Assembly (NCBI GenBank): GCA_951406725.2
Contig: OX597823.1
Coordinates: forward strand, 72,416,001-72,480,000
Direction of reading: 5' to 3'
Length of the DNA stretch: 64,000 nt
From: Octopus vulgaris
Taxonomy: Eukaryota
Part shown: in pieces, positions 39,901-54,664 of the stretch
Layout: each line of letters starts with the position of its first letter
Position numbering within the stretch: the first letter of the stretch is position 1
The notes under the pieces: model-generated
Seen by the model: only the letters and a program-made list of their open reading frames with translations
Databases searched by the model: none
Told to the model about the DNA's origin: nothing
Translations under genes and position numbers: made by a program

Positions 39901-41956
39901 TTTACCTAAGTTCTTTTATTTTCACGTCACTGTCTTGTATATAGAGATGTTCGGTATAGATTTGTTTCAGAGGGTCTTTTGAACCGATTTCAAGTCAGCT
40001 TGGTGATGTGGAGACTATTTAGGGTTCAGACAATTCAGACAAAATATCGCTATGCATCATATATCGTAATTTTTATTATGGTCTGAAAAAATCGTTGGTA
40101 TTAAATCAGAGGTCTAAGACGTACATGCTCCTCGTCGAGAATACTATTATTGGTTCCATGAATATCTATTTAATTCTTTTAACAAATGTATTTATACAAG
40201 CATGCGTGCAGTATGTATTTATTTATCTCTGTCTGTTGACTCTCTCTTTGTGTGTGTGTGTGTGTGTGTGTGTATACAAACGTATATTTATCTCTCTATC
40301 TATCACTACATATTACAATGAATAAAAGAATAAAAGTCAATAATTTTCATTTGTGTTCTTATTAATCAACAGATTATGAGGTACATATAGATGTAATAAT
40401 ATGTAGTTAGGATAGGCGTTAGAAAGTAAGAACAAAACATATCACCAGCATTTAATATAACCATATAACCAACTACAATTCACATGTCAAGTAAGATTAT
40501 GCTATGTCTGGGCTCGCTAATGCTAATATAGAGGTGATTAGTTTTCGTATCAATAAATATAATTTGATACAGTGGAAAACGTTGAACAGTATCTGTAATT
40601 ACACAAAATACATAATAGCAATATTACAGAAAATATATGTTATTTGGGATTAACAATTATGCAAATACAATATTTTTATTGTCATATAAAACCTATTTAT
40701 CGTATTATTCTAATATATACATAAATATTCATCCTTTATTATTAACACATTCTCAGTTGAGATAATTACTGTTTTTACAATCCATGGCTAGTTTTATGTA
40801 GCTACGAGTCTGTATTAAATATTAATCGCCTATTTAGGAACTAACGTTAATATCTATCTTCTGCGAACGATATTTGCTTGTAATGCAGTTAACAAGCATT
40901 GATGTAATTGAATTCATGGTATAAGTAATCATACAACGAGTCATTCTTTTTTATAGCTATGGCACCATAAGCAAATAGCTCAATGTTTTCTTCTACAACA
41001 AAATTGGTTTTCAATGCGAAAAGTAACTTACATGAAAATAATTGGAAAGGAGAATATGTAGTTCGCATAATCAAATAATGAACAACAAAATCGGTGTCGA
41101 TAGTTGAGTTATTGAAATGAAATATTCTAACTACAGTGTGTTGGTATTGTATGACGCTAAAGGGTGATACAGAGGTTATTATTTTAGAAATAAGCAACTA
41201 CTTTAGGGAATATATTTCACTGGCTGAATATTATATATATTTTCTTATGCATGTTCATTTAGGTAAAACACATAAATCATTCACCTTATAATATACCAGA
41301 ACTGCACATGAATGTGATAACATGAAAAACGATAATATGCATAGAATATGATATACAATTACGTACAGAGGTTTAAGAGAAGCACAACTCTCCTCCGTTT
41401 GCAGCTGGTAGCCTGTTTCTTCGTGGTGGGAAACGTTATCACCATACGAAACGTTATATTCAATGTAAAGTGAACCGTTCAATATTCCATGCCTTTTCCT
41501 TCGTGATTTCTTGACTCTGTTATCCGCTTTTATCTCTTTATATTCTGAACAATTGAAAGCGAGTGATGTGAAACTTCGAGGAAAAAAAAAACAGAATGAA
41601 TCCTCAGCTTCCAACACATGCATAAACTATTACATGAATATTGTTTCTACGTTTATTTATCCAATCTGTGTGTATGTGTCGTGGAGGGTGTTACAAAAAG
41701 ATTGTATTTCATTCAATTTTCCAAAATATGTATTAACATGAAGAGCTGTTTTTTAATGCGCTTTATCTTTTCCATTCAATTGAGCATACGTTTCGTAACA
41801 AATTTTAACAAGCTTCCACCAGCTAATATCTAAGACATGAAACCAAACACCTGCTTGGTGTGTTGTAACGTCATTCTCATGTACTGCTGTAGATGCATAA
41901 ATAAATACAAACACAAATTTTAATACATACACACACACATTTAAAACAAGACAACG

Positions 41957-42251
41957 TTCGTTTATGAATAACCATAGGATTGCACGTAGGAAGTTCCCCT
42001 CCAAGGCATAAGTCCGGGCAAGAGTTAATGAAGACCAGCAGTTGCCCATACACATGGACCTCGTCTCTCATCGCTACCGATTTTGTAAATAGTTGAAGCA
42101 GAGAAGACAAAAGAGAGGAGGCTGTTGGTGGCGGGGAGAGAGGAGGTTGATATGCATGGGCGAGTGCTGGTCTGCCGTAAACAACTTGGCCCGGACTTAT
42201 GCTTCGGAGATGAACTCTGTAAGAGCAATCCCATGGTCATTCATGACTGAA
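41957..42251. repeat. Long imperfect GC-rich inverted repeat (hairpin 3), about 125-nt arms
   Basis: 41957-42080 matches the reverse complement of 42125-42251 (atgaat, ggattgc, gcataagtccgggc, agaccagca, gcccat, tctctc); the loop adds ttttgt/acaaaa. Confidence 0.93.
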
Positions 42252-45200
42252 GTGAGTCTTTACTCGCTTTATAATTATTACAATATATTGGATCAGTAAA
42301 TTGTAATAAAAAAGGGTGTAAGTAGAAGTGGTAATATTTAAGTTATTTAGAAAGATCATACGAAATCATTAATAACCTTAAATGAAATTTAAAGGTCTTC
42401 TAAGACTATAAGTATTGAGCGAGATCATAGAAGAATGATAGTAACAGTGAGAAAAAAGAATAATCGATTGAAATTTGCATGTCATTTTATATAATGTAAT
42501 TTAACTTTGCTAAATGGACTCTTTAAAATAAGTATAATGCAATTAGTGTGATAAATGCAGTAATAACTCATTGTTTCTATTAATTAATCTAAACATACAT
42601 CTTTGAATTTCAAGTTTCTCCATACAATAAAAATTGTAATTACCACGCCCCCTTCATGCAGAAGAGTGATACGAATACTTAAACACGAAGTAGATTAATT
42701 TATTTTTCTGTTTTTTAGGTCCAAAATAAATTTTCTAAATGATTTATTTTATAAATTGCTTTTATTTCCCCACTAAAATATGATTGTTGATATTGTAGCG
42801 CCAACATATTAGCATAGGGAATTTGGACGGAACGTTTATATCCTAAATATCCTTCGGAGACATTTGTTCCTCAAAGGACAGTTGTATTGACCCGTCTTTA
42901 CAGTTACTATCAGGTTTATTATCGAAGAAACAATTATTAGTTGTATCCTCACTAAATATGCTAGGAAGAGGTACAAAATATAAGTACGTGTGGTAATATT
43001 AATAGATCTAGAGTCAGAAAATGTTTGCCTGATTCTTTTCATGGTTTTTCATTTTTATATAATTGTTGTAACTAATTCTGATGATATGGATCATTTCGTT
43101 ATTATTGTTTCGTTTCTTTAAGGTTGTTGAGCTGTAACAGTAGTTACCGCTCCGGGCAAAAGGCTTCAGAGCATTCCTGTGGCGTGGTCGACATTGCTTT
43201 AATTTTTTTTATCCATTCGGAAGCAATGTAAATAATACTTAATGAATAATTACTTCCACAAAATTTCAAACCTTGTGACGATAGTAGAGAGGATAATTAT
43301 CTCGTTCCTAAATGTTTTCACGATTGTCACTTTTGTCCATTAAATTGCTATTTACTTATTCAGTATATTCTAACAATTTTACCATTTTATTATATGTATT
43401 AGTAAATTAATGCACTATATTTTGCTTATGATTTGACTTGGTAGTCTATTCGCTTTCACGGGATGTTAATCAGCCCACATAACTGTATATCTTTTCTATT
43501 ATTCATATTCCTCACTTCTGTTATATTCGTCATCTATTATTTAAATGATTGCCATTAAGTCATAAATGCGATATCAATATTTTATTTTTCTATTTCGTAT
43601 GTTTTGCACTCTGTGATTAATGAAAATTTCTGAACTTTTTATTTGTACTGGATAATTTAGATTTATAGTATTTTGTTCTTTTCTGTTCATCCGGTTAACC
43701 TTGAATTCACATAACTGCTAACTGAGGTAATAGATCGCAGTTCACAAATTCTACTTTACTTATTGATTACCACATACATACATGCATACATACATACATA
43801 CATACATACAAATATACGTACATACAAACATACATACATGCATATATAATACATACATGCATACAAACATAATACATACATATATGCACACACACATACA
43901 TATATGCATGCATGCATACATACATTGATATATATCTAATACTTTTTCGATTTTTGTATTCTTTTTGTTTCTTTTTATATCTGATATTTGTTATGGATCT
44001 TCTATAAGAATGAAGATGTATGCCTTAAATTGCCACATCTATATACGAAACCCACGAAGAAATCTTGCGAAAGAGTGTGTATCTTCACGAAATAACTGTT
44101 AAAATCACCAGAGGAAACACATCTACATCGAGGGATACACAAGAATCCCACCCGCGAAGGATCGTGTCTGGGTGCGTTGAAACAATTGTAGTGATCAATA
44201 AAGAGTCTCGTATCTTCCATATTCCGTATCTCGTTGATTAAATACGTGCACACACGCACACACACATACGTATGTAAGTTTTTATGTATCTACCTATATA
44301 CATATATATCCATACACACACACATACACACACATATATTATATGTACGTACGTACATAGATACATACACATATAATTTGATTTTAGTTATAACCAGTTC
44401 TATCGTCGAATGAATCGGGTAATTTCTAGAATCCTTTGATAAATATATTCCTTAAATCTTTCCCTCTGAAGACGGTATAGCTGACTTTACATGGAAATCT
44501 TTGTTGGCTGAGATGTGCACCATATATATGCACAGCTACTCTAGAAACAGCTGTATGAGACTTTATGCACATCCTCTTACAACGTTATTTATATATTCGA
44601 TGCACTCTTCTCCAAAAACTCCGCTGTAACAACTCTGCGATTATATTTGGACTATATTTTTCATGTTCTAAAGTGATAAATGTTTCGCATATATATATGT
44701 GTGCATTTGTAAGCAAAGGAGGATTATTACGCACGTTATTCATTTTATGTTTTAAGTAGATCTAATGAAGAACAAAATTTACTTCTACATTTTTTATCAC
44801 CTTACACATTCCAGTCTTTAGATTAATAAATTTATTGTTTCCCATTCATTTAATAGTATTTTATAGTGTGGAATAGTGATTCCACACTTTTGTCATCTAC
44901 TTTGATGACAGCAATATATTGAATTATGCAATTTGTGCTTTTGAGTTAAGTCAAATGAAAAAAGCAATTATTAATTAGTTGAAGATATAAGCAGTTACTT
45001 ACCACTTACCTAGTGTTTTACTAATCGTGATTTGTTGATTTGAAATGCAAAAACACTTTTTCAAAAATAAAAAAAAATCGCTAGGGATGATTTAAAATCA
45101 TGTATAGCGCGACAGTAAACGTGAATTAAAGCAGATTTTATAATTTTTTTGGCAACAATTTAAGACATGAGCATCTGTTCTCTATTCAGATTTATTTCAT

Positions 45201-45939
45201 TTAAAAGAAAAGTGGTTTAATGTAATATAAAATCTATTAAATGCATGTAACGGCAGCTGGTTGCATTCAACAGTTCATGCTTGAAAGATCAAAGCACTAT
45301 TAAACTAACATTCTTTATAGATAACCAAAGAAAAGTCAGGAATTTCGAACATCATTTGCATTTAAGAAGCAGCTGCAGAGTTAATTGGCTTGACAGAAGT
45401 CTGAAAAGTAAACCAAATTCCTATAAACGAGTAATTTTAATTAACATGGCAAGTGGAGGTCACGTAATTTCTTTCATAGCCTCTAAAGAGACTCAATATT
45501 ATTATCTGTTAACTTTGCTCGACATTTTACTTTGAAATAAAGTCGACGAGTATTCCATGGAATCAGAATACGATAATTCTATCATTTTCAGCGTCGTAAC
45601 ACTGCTCTTTTGTTGTCTTTTCTATTAATGGTTGGAGTCGAATAGTCTGGTGACCTTAAGACGATTCATTTTATAAACATTTGCTAATCACTTTTATATG
45701 CCATATATATAGGTATATATATATATATATAGGTACATGTTTTCCTTTGTGTTTTCAGTACATATTCGAGTCTTATAATTATATATCTTCAGCGATTCTA
45801 CTGAAGATCCACGGATGGTTGATTCATCAAGTAATTAATTATACCGAACTAGCAAAAATATATATAGAAGAAAATATATAGAATATATATATTCTATAGA
45901 TTTTCATTCATCCTACTGTTGTTCTAATCCTACACTTTA

Positions 45940-46430
45940 TATACTTGTCTATACCACCACAAGCATACAGATGTTCCAATGTATGCATATTGCGCTGGTG
46001 GTACCAGTGGCGTTGTTGTTCTACTACCTACTGTGTATATTGCCAATTCAATATTGGTAATGTCTCATTTATGAAAACAGATTTGCCTGTCTGTCGAAGC
46101 GACTCCTCTCGCCAGTGCTTAAACATACTATCGATGGAAATTTGGTTCAGGATGTTGGCATGTTGGCCTTTGGCTTAATAATTGAATATAGACGACCCTT
46201 TCCTGCCATTGTACTCGCACCAGTGTTCGTTCAGTATTTCCTCTACATGTCTTGTAGCCTCCTCAATGTATATTATATACCTGTTCGTACTTACCCCCTC
46301 GATGCATTTTATGCGGTTGACCACATACTTGAAGGTTCTAACTATGCAGTTCATATCAGTACATATTTTATTGTGGAAGGGGCATGCTTTACATAACTGT
46401 GGTCTGGCGGAGTTCTTCGGTTATATTTGT
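45940..46430 (-). mobile_element. Decayed Penelope GIY-YIG fragment
   Basis: Minus strand VVNRIKCIEG..YIEEATRHVEEILNEH resembles VVY.I.C..YIGET.R....R..EH. Confidence 0.5.
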
Positions 46431-47274
46431 GTGTCTTTGTGTTTATGTTTGTAATGTATATGTGTGTGTGTGAGTGTGTGTGTGCATGCGTGTGTTTATA
46501 CACGTGTGTATGCACTTGAGTGTGTATTATATCCATACGCATATATGCAATGTGTATATACTTAAGTTATCTGTTTGTCTATCAGAACACCTGCCTCCTC
46601 AGCTATGTATCTTGTTCTATTTGTAATGAATTGATTATTTTCAGCTATAATGAAACGTTTCGGCATTGCTTACTCTTTCTACTAATAATAGTAAATTATC
46701 ATTCTTCCGTTCACTAATGTTCGAGGATTAATCATTAAACCGCCAAGGATTTCGTAAAGAAAATTGTTTTGCATATTCCATTTGGTAGAGCAGGAACATA
46801 ATTACAGAACATTTTTACCCAAATTGAAGATGTCATTTTCCCCATCTGTTTTAAAGTTAAAAATATGATTGTATAGTTGGTTTATGACAAAAGAAAAAGG
46901 GATTTTATCCAGTAACAATATGCAGTCGCAAGTTAATGAATAAACCAAATTACAGTAGAAATTAAAAAAAAAAAAATTTGAATATAATAGCATTATGTTA
47001 AGACGTAAACGAAACAATGATAAAAATCATCGTTCCATATTCAGCTAGGATATTATATCCATGCTTAATTTGGAAATTATCCAGCAAGGCAACAAGACAA
47101 AAATGACAATGACATCAGTGAGGTACATGACACATAGAGAATTTTACTTGAGAATCGTGGATATTAAGTGCGAGAATGCGTTGAGTTGTATGGAAGGCGA
47201 GACTCTACTGCTGCCTTTCGAAACGTTTAGTATTCTAATGAAAAATACTTTAAAAGTTGGAGTTATATCGCAAA

Positions 47275-47430
47275 TATTTTGGGGGAGTGAGAGTCGATTA
47301 TATCAGTCCTAGAATGTAGTTGGTAATAATGTTATCGATTCGAGAAGAGAAAATGAAAAATTGGTACCGGCGATGTTTGAGCTCAGAATATTAAATTGAG
47401 AAAGTAAGTACAGCACATTATACGCTACAC
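47275..47430 (-). mobile_element. Old SINE remnant, minus strand
   Basis: gtcgattatatc..ttggta..ttatcga..ggcgatgtttgagctcagaa is a diverged reverse complement of the 3242 family body. Confidence 0.5.
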
Positions 47431-48979
47431 TCCACGATTCGAATAATTCAAATTTCGTAACATTAAAACAATGAATTATTTTAGGTAAATATTTTTAAAT
47501 CACATAAATTCTCATTTCATGTTCAGTAAAGATTGGATCGAGTCAAAAGTTTTGCAATATTTTGATAACCTATTTGTTTTATTCATCAAGTTAAAGAAAA
47601 TCAACCTAGCATTCACAGTAAAGGCCATCGTATTGCACCGCCTGAAGCTAGCTTTCTGCCAATTCTCTGATATAACGCTGAAATCAGTTCACCTTCTCTT
47701 GGTCGATGAAGCGTCACGAGCGCAGGAAATGAGCCATAAATCGTAACAAGTAATAAACCAAGGGATATGTTGTTCCACAATCCTAACGTACATAGGCAGT
47801 AGTTAAACAGAGGCCAGTTTCCAAAGCTTGTTGCCACACGCGGGATTTCCGAACACAAAAAATCTTTATTAAATGCTAGACTCCAGTATAATTATTTATG
47901 TGACGCTTCCTTTGGAAAGTTACAACTTTCATGTCCCATGTTAGAAGACTAAATGACTATATGATAAATAACTAATGATAACTTTGCAAATCGCATAGCA
48001 ATAAGAGTATTTGGGTCTTGTTTTGACAAATATGTCTTCTGTATTTTAAATGCATCCGAAAGATAAGCTTGTGGTGCAAATTCAAGTGTATTCAACGTGG
48101 AGAGAAAATTGAGAAATTTCCATCGCTAATGTACTCAAGCAGATAAGGGAGATAATAAATTTTTACATACCGTTTAATCGACAAGAAAGATATGACACTA
48201 ATTTTAGCATGAAGCATACGAGTGGATACGTAATGAGTATTCAACAGCAAATCAATGCTGATATCAACTATACTCTGATTCCAGATTCGATTAGAGATAA
48301 TGCGTTAGGAGTTCTAGGTTTATGAACATTCAGAATTTCAAACACTAGATATATAAACATAGACTAAAGTTTGTATTTTTATATTAGAACAACCTTAAAT
48401 ATCATAGAGAACTTAGAAGAACTCACACTAGTGAGGAATGCCTGTAGGTCACTCAAAAGATGATAGAGATGAGAACATCATGCTTCTTTCTGGAACACCG
48501 ACACTATGCTACCATGAGTCATGAACTGTTCTCGATCCGAATTGTTAATTTTTCAAATGTTCTGCAGTCGACAGCCAAAGATTTCTTTACAGACGAATAA
48601 TTCTTTGATGTATCTCTGGAAGAAAACAGGGTAGTTGTTTGGGTATAGGGAACTCCTGAAATGATATAACAGAAAATGGGACCTGCTGCTTAGGAAGTGT
48701 CTCCTCTGACATATTTCTAATTCTTTTTCTTGATACTTCGAATTCTCGATAAAGATGTTCAAAGCCCATTTTTTTGTGACATTTCTCTCAATTTGCAGAA
48801 TGGTGCCCTGCACAACTATTAGCTTCTAATCACCGATAATTATCGAATCAACACTTTGTTTTGTGGTATCAAAAGTCTTATGTTTAGCTTCTTTTGAAAG
48901 GAATACCACGTTGGAGACTCCTTTAATAGTGTTGGGAAAATGAATGCATTTATAAAATTAATATGAGCATTCGAGATCT

Positions 48980-49201
48980 GATCAACAAAATTCTGGACTG
49001 TTGCCTTAGTAACGACGCTAAATCATGCAGAGAAAAGCGGCTTGGCACAGATTGACCTTGAACTCTGCTGTAAACAGAAGAAGGGATTTAGAGCGTTAAA
49101 ACTTAGTGCACATGCGCAGCAGAGCTCGAGGTCAATCTGTGTCAAGTAGCTTTACTGTCCATGCTTTAGCTTCGTAGCAATAGTCTGGATACTAATTGAT
49201 C
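48980..49201 (+). other. Long imperfect hairpin (hairpin 4) with + strand G.U bias
   Basis: 48980-49071 pairs with 49116-49201; inner gcttggcacagattgaccttgaactctgctgt pairs with gcagcagagctcgaggtcaatctgtgtcaagt with a single non-wobble mismatch. Confidence 0.9.
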
Positions 49202-50304
49202 CGACCACGTATACTATCTCGAGAGAATTAATGATATAATTGCCTCGAGGTGAAAACCTGAACCTGCTCAGACGGCGTTTCCACCTCTTTACATCATATG
49301 AGTAATCTTATCTAGTATAGCAAAATTCCATCACGCACTAAAATTCTGTTCATAAAGCTTTGTTAGGCCTTGAACATTACGTTTTTTTCTGACACTTCAA
49401 AGACCATGTTTCACTATAGAATACAGTAACGGATACGTATTTCAGCCTTTCTGGCTCATATATATAATATTCTCTTTTTACATTCTTCGAAGCCTCTTGA
49501 CTTTTCCTTTGTCATGATATTTCGTTCGTTTACCTTCGTCTCCCCACACACTATTTTTCCTTATTTCGTCAGATGCTTTTACGTCTCATTTTGCTATTTT
49601 CGCAAAATTCAGGTAACCACTTTTCGAATTGGAATATTATTTGTCTATAACAATAACTTACTCTGAGCAACAATTGTGATACATTCAAGAAGTAATTGCA
49701 TATATATGTGTAATGATATCTGATGCTCCCAGCATCTTCCAAGAAAACTAAAATTTATTTGCAAATAAATTCATGTTTCAAATTTACCACGAAGTGCAGA
49801 TAGTTTCTCTTAACTTCAATTTCCATTCAGACTTTACCAGAGGCATATATTTGAAATATTTCAAAGAAATGCTTTGACATTTCGAATGGTAAGTAAATTT
49901 ATACTATACTAAACAAATTAAGCTACAAATTCAGTATGTTATAATTTCATAGTTAGACATATATACATGCATACATACATATATATCAATATAGATATAT
50001 ATTCAGGTATACACACATATATTTATGCATAAACGCTTTTTAATCTATATGATGTGTATAATAAAGTGTTTATATACAAGCATATATACATAAGCATACT
50101 TACACATACACATACCTATATATGTGCCCATTATATTGATATACTTGGAGAATAAAAAAGACCAAAAAGAGAATACTAATGTATATATATATATGTGTAT
50201 GTGTGATTGTGTGTGTGTGTGTGTGTGTATTAGAAGGTTGACTCCTGTGCGTTATATACACAAGGATATTATTGCCCTTATAAACACACACAAATATATA
50301 TGTA

Positions 50305-50825
<521 letters not shown>

Positions 50826-50943
50826 TATTTCCCTTTATAAACACACACAAATTCAACACACACACATATATATATACAGCTGGGGAGAGAGGAACACATA
50901 CATATATAGGGAAATATGAGAACAGATTATCATTTTGATGTGA

Positions 50944-50990
<47 letters not shown>

Positions 50991-51323
50991 CAGATCAGAA
51001 TTTTGAGTTTTTGCTTTTGCCTTAAGCTTTATACTTCGTTTATCTTAGCAGACAGAAAGTGTATAGTTATCTTTTATATTTTAGAAAGAAAATCATGTGA
51101 TTTCATCTAATAACTATTCACTAAGAATCAATATTACCCAAGACATGGTGCCTAATATACTATTTATTCAAGAGGAAATTTGCAATGAATAGTTTAAATG
51201 GTCTCCACTAGGGAAATTCACACATATATAAGCATGAATTATTTATTTCAAGCTATAACCTCTCAAACTAAGTGCTAACGAAATCACATCATGCGCACAT
51301 ATACACAGAAAGACACAGAGGCA

Positions 51324-51414
<91 letters not shown>

Positions 51415-52249
51415 ATATATATATATGTTTTTTTTCTGGAAACGGCATTGTTTGATTCGAAGTCATCTATACAGTATAAAAAAGTATCAATTCCCACGTT
51501 AATAGAACGCATATATTAAGAAATATAACTCGATTTAATTAATTCTATTTTATTACTTACATAAATGGAGTATTTAAAAATTAATTTCGCAAATTTGTAA
51601 CTTTTAATCTATATTTCTAATAATCATGGTAAATTTCCTGTAGGGAAAATATATATAAATATAAATGTGGGCGTATTTATATCTGAAATATATAACCATT
51701 TTATTTAAAAATTCATTTTGTAGTATTTCATGTTACTATTTCAAGTTTTGTCCTAGTATATCCTTTCTAAGACTCAGTTCTCTATTCAACTGAATAATGT
51801 AATAGCTTCATTTTTCTAACAAAGCTATGCATGGTTTTACCTGGGCTCATAACAGTATTACCAATAAAATAAAACAACAATCAATAAACTTTTTCCTTGT
51901 GTCCCCGATATCTTCTAAAATTCTGTACCATAAGTTTTTTTTAGATTTCGTTCCAACCGTACCATTAAGATATTTGCATAAATCTGGAGCAAATACGACT
52001 TCTATAGCTATACCCCTGATTTGTAGATAATTTCAATGCCCTACTCAAAATTAGACTGAAAGCATCGAATATCTGATACAATCTCAACGTTAAATCTACT
52101 GGGAATCAGCACTCTGTAATTTTTGTTTTATAAAATATGTGATTGCGTTGTTTTTTCTTTTTGTTTTGTTTTGTTTCTAAGTCATTCGGTATATTTGTGT
52201 AAAGGCTTATTAGAACAATGTAGACAAAATACGAAAACGGTCCTAATAT

Positions 52250-52470
52250 TCGTTTGACATGCTGGTGAAATGCTTAGTGGTATTTCGTCAGCCGCTACGC
52301 TCTAAGTTAAAATGCCGCCGAGGTCGACGTTGACTTTCATCCTTTCGGGATCGACAAATTAAGTACCAGTTATGCACTGGGGTCGATGTAATCGACTTAA
52401 TCCCTTTGTCTGTCCATGTTTGTCCCCTCCATGTTTAGCCTCTTGTGGGCAATAAAGAAATAAGAAATTA
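52250..52470 (+). mobile_element. SINE (3242 family)
   Basis: gaaatgcttagtggtatttcgtc..gccgaggtcgac..aattaagtaccagttatgcactggggtcgatgtaatcgacttaat..aataaagaaataagaa. Confidence 0.85.
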
Positions 52471-53517
52471 AATTTCAGCATTTTGAAGGGGAGTGTTTCT
52501 TCTCTATCTGGGTGGCAAGTATTTTTATATAACAAATCTCCAATAGGAGTTTCGAATTTTTGTATTTAATCCGAATCCACTTAATTATCACATTTCTAGA
52601 AAGAATGCAACAAATCAAGGGCGAACGTTAAGAAGTGTTTTCTGAGAATGCAAAGGGTGTTTTCTCTTTCACAAAGTGAAGCCTTCTTGAAGCTACATTG
52701 GAAAAGATACCAATGTCGATTTGATGGTGAGAAAAAGAAAAACAAAGACAAATATTGATAACAGCACAAAAAAAAACAAACAATACAACCAAAGAATAAA
52801 AAACACCATTGAGAATATTAAAAAATAGCAGAAACAATCAGTCTTTGACCTGAATGTACTATCGAGGCCTGCTATATGTTCAAGATAAACTGTATAGGCA
52901 AGTGAATGTGTAAATCCTATCCAAAGTGATTTGAGCCCAGAGCAGTGAAACCATTTTGTACAAACACATCCCATGTCTGTGCATTGGGGTCGTGTGTTAT
53001 TGCGTTGAACTGCTTCTGTTGCATGTTGGACGAATTCGATCATTAACTGGACAAGAAAGCTAGATTTCGTCTCCTTTATGGTTACAGTGAAAGAGGATTT
53101 TGGCGGACGAGTTTCGTAGCTCTGTGGCCAGACAAATTACTCTTTGGTAGTGTAATCGTGGAACTCTTCCGGTTTCACTCGGAAAACAAACTGATAGTGG
53201 AGAGGACCCCTGACTGTATTCCCAGGACGTTGAGAGTTGTGAATCAACTAGAATGGGTGGGACGGTCCTAATACATGCTTGAAGATCAATGGACATCAGT
53301 TGGATAAAAAGCACATGTCCTATTGTGGCGGGTATAATCTTAAAACAGTGGTGTTATTCTTCGTAATGCTCTAGGCGGGATTTCCGTTTCAGATGGAGTA
53401 ACGCATCATCGTCCTTCACTATTTCTTTACCAGGTACACCTATATTTTCTTTATTTGTTTCCTCAGTAAATAGAGGCTTTACGTCTAGGCTTGCAATTAT
53501 ATCCCACGCCCAAATAA

Positions 53518-53522
<5 letters not shown>

Positions 53523-53613
<91 letters not shown>

Positions 53614-53700
53614 TACATTTTTATTGCTGCTATTGCTACTCCTGCTGCTGCTGTTATTGTTGTTGTTGATGATGATGATGATGATGTTTTTATTGCTGTT
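53523..53700. repeat. Compound trinucleotide microsatellite (TAT)n(TAG)n..(GAT)n
   Basis: Directly visible. Confidence 0.9.
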
Positions 53701-54374
53701 CTCTTTCGTATTTTCCCAATATTTGCTCCGGGCTATTGTTTAAATTTTGCCAAGTTTCGTAAAAATCGGATTGCTATATATGTCTTATTGCGTGGAATTA
53801 TATAACTCGAAGAGATAAGTGACTTCATTTATCGTTTTAGTGTCATAGTAATGAGAAAATAACAATTTGGAAGCATTTCCTTCGCTAGCCGATATTCAAT
53901 AAGAAAATGTCGAATAAACACAGCTTCTCAACGAACACAAACAGTTGCAAAAGCAACACACAAGAACTGAAAATATATAAATGGAAATACGATCATCAAA
54001 AGTGTTATTCATGGTGGCCCGGATGCTATTATTTGAAGACTCGCACAAAATGAACAATAATAAGTCAGGCCAATAAGGTGTTGTGTTAAACGGGAGATAT
54101 GCATTACGAAAAACACCCGTTCCAAGATTCTTAACGAAATGGTCATATGTTACCATGGTAATTAAAATGATTTTTTAATACTTATTTGCCTTTTTTATAT
54201 ATACACCGATTTTACAAACATCGAAATATAATTAAGCAAACTTGTGATACATTTATAGAATTATGTGTGTGTTTGTGTGGGTGTATGTGAAATGTGCATA
54301 CCTATATGTCTACATACATGTGTTTGTCAATATGTATGAAATTATCCTAAAAAAGGATGAAAATGCGCTAAATG

Positions 54375-54429
<55 letters not shown>

Positions 54430-54436
<7 letters not shown>

Positions 54437-54620
54437 TAATCCAAACATGAAAACACAAAGAGAAAACACAACAACGCGAGGACGTGGAACAAATATAGTA
54501 TTATTGGACGCTCAGGAAGGTAGGGAAGAAGGAGGGTTTAACATAGGAAAAGGAAAGATCCAGTGAAGGGAAGACGGAGGAAACAAAATCGCCAACGGTA
54601 CACACGCGGTCACATTTTGA

Positions 54621-54622
<2 letters not shown>
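54430..54622 (-). mobile_element. Penelope-related repeat between (TA)n runs
   Basis: Homologous to 22762-22960 but lacks the gtttcgagtggagctcttcgtcag segment. Confidence 0.6.

Positions 54623-54664
<42 letters not shown>

Noticed and set aside
41753-42110. Minus-strand ORFs similar to the + strand ORF at 42093, suggesting a divergent paralogue pair
   Set aside because: The similarity is simply the consequence of the inverted repeat
47620-48800. Loose long-range complementarity at 47620-47815 and 48560-48800
   Set aside because: The alignments need many gaps and are not convincing
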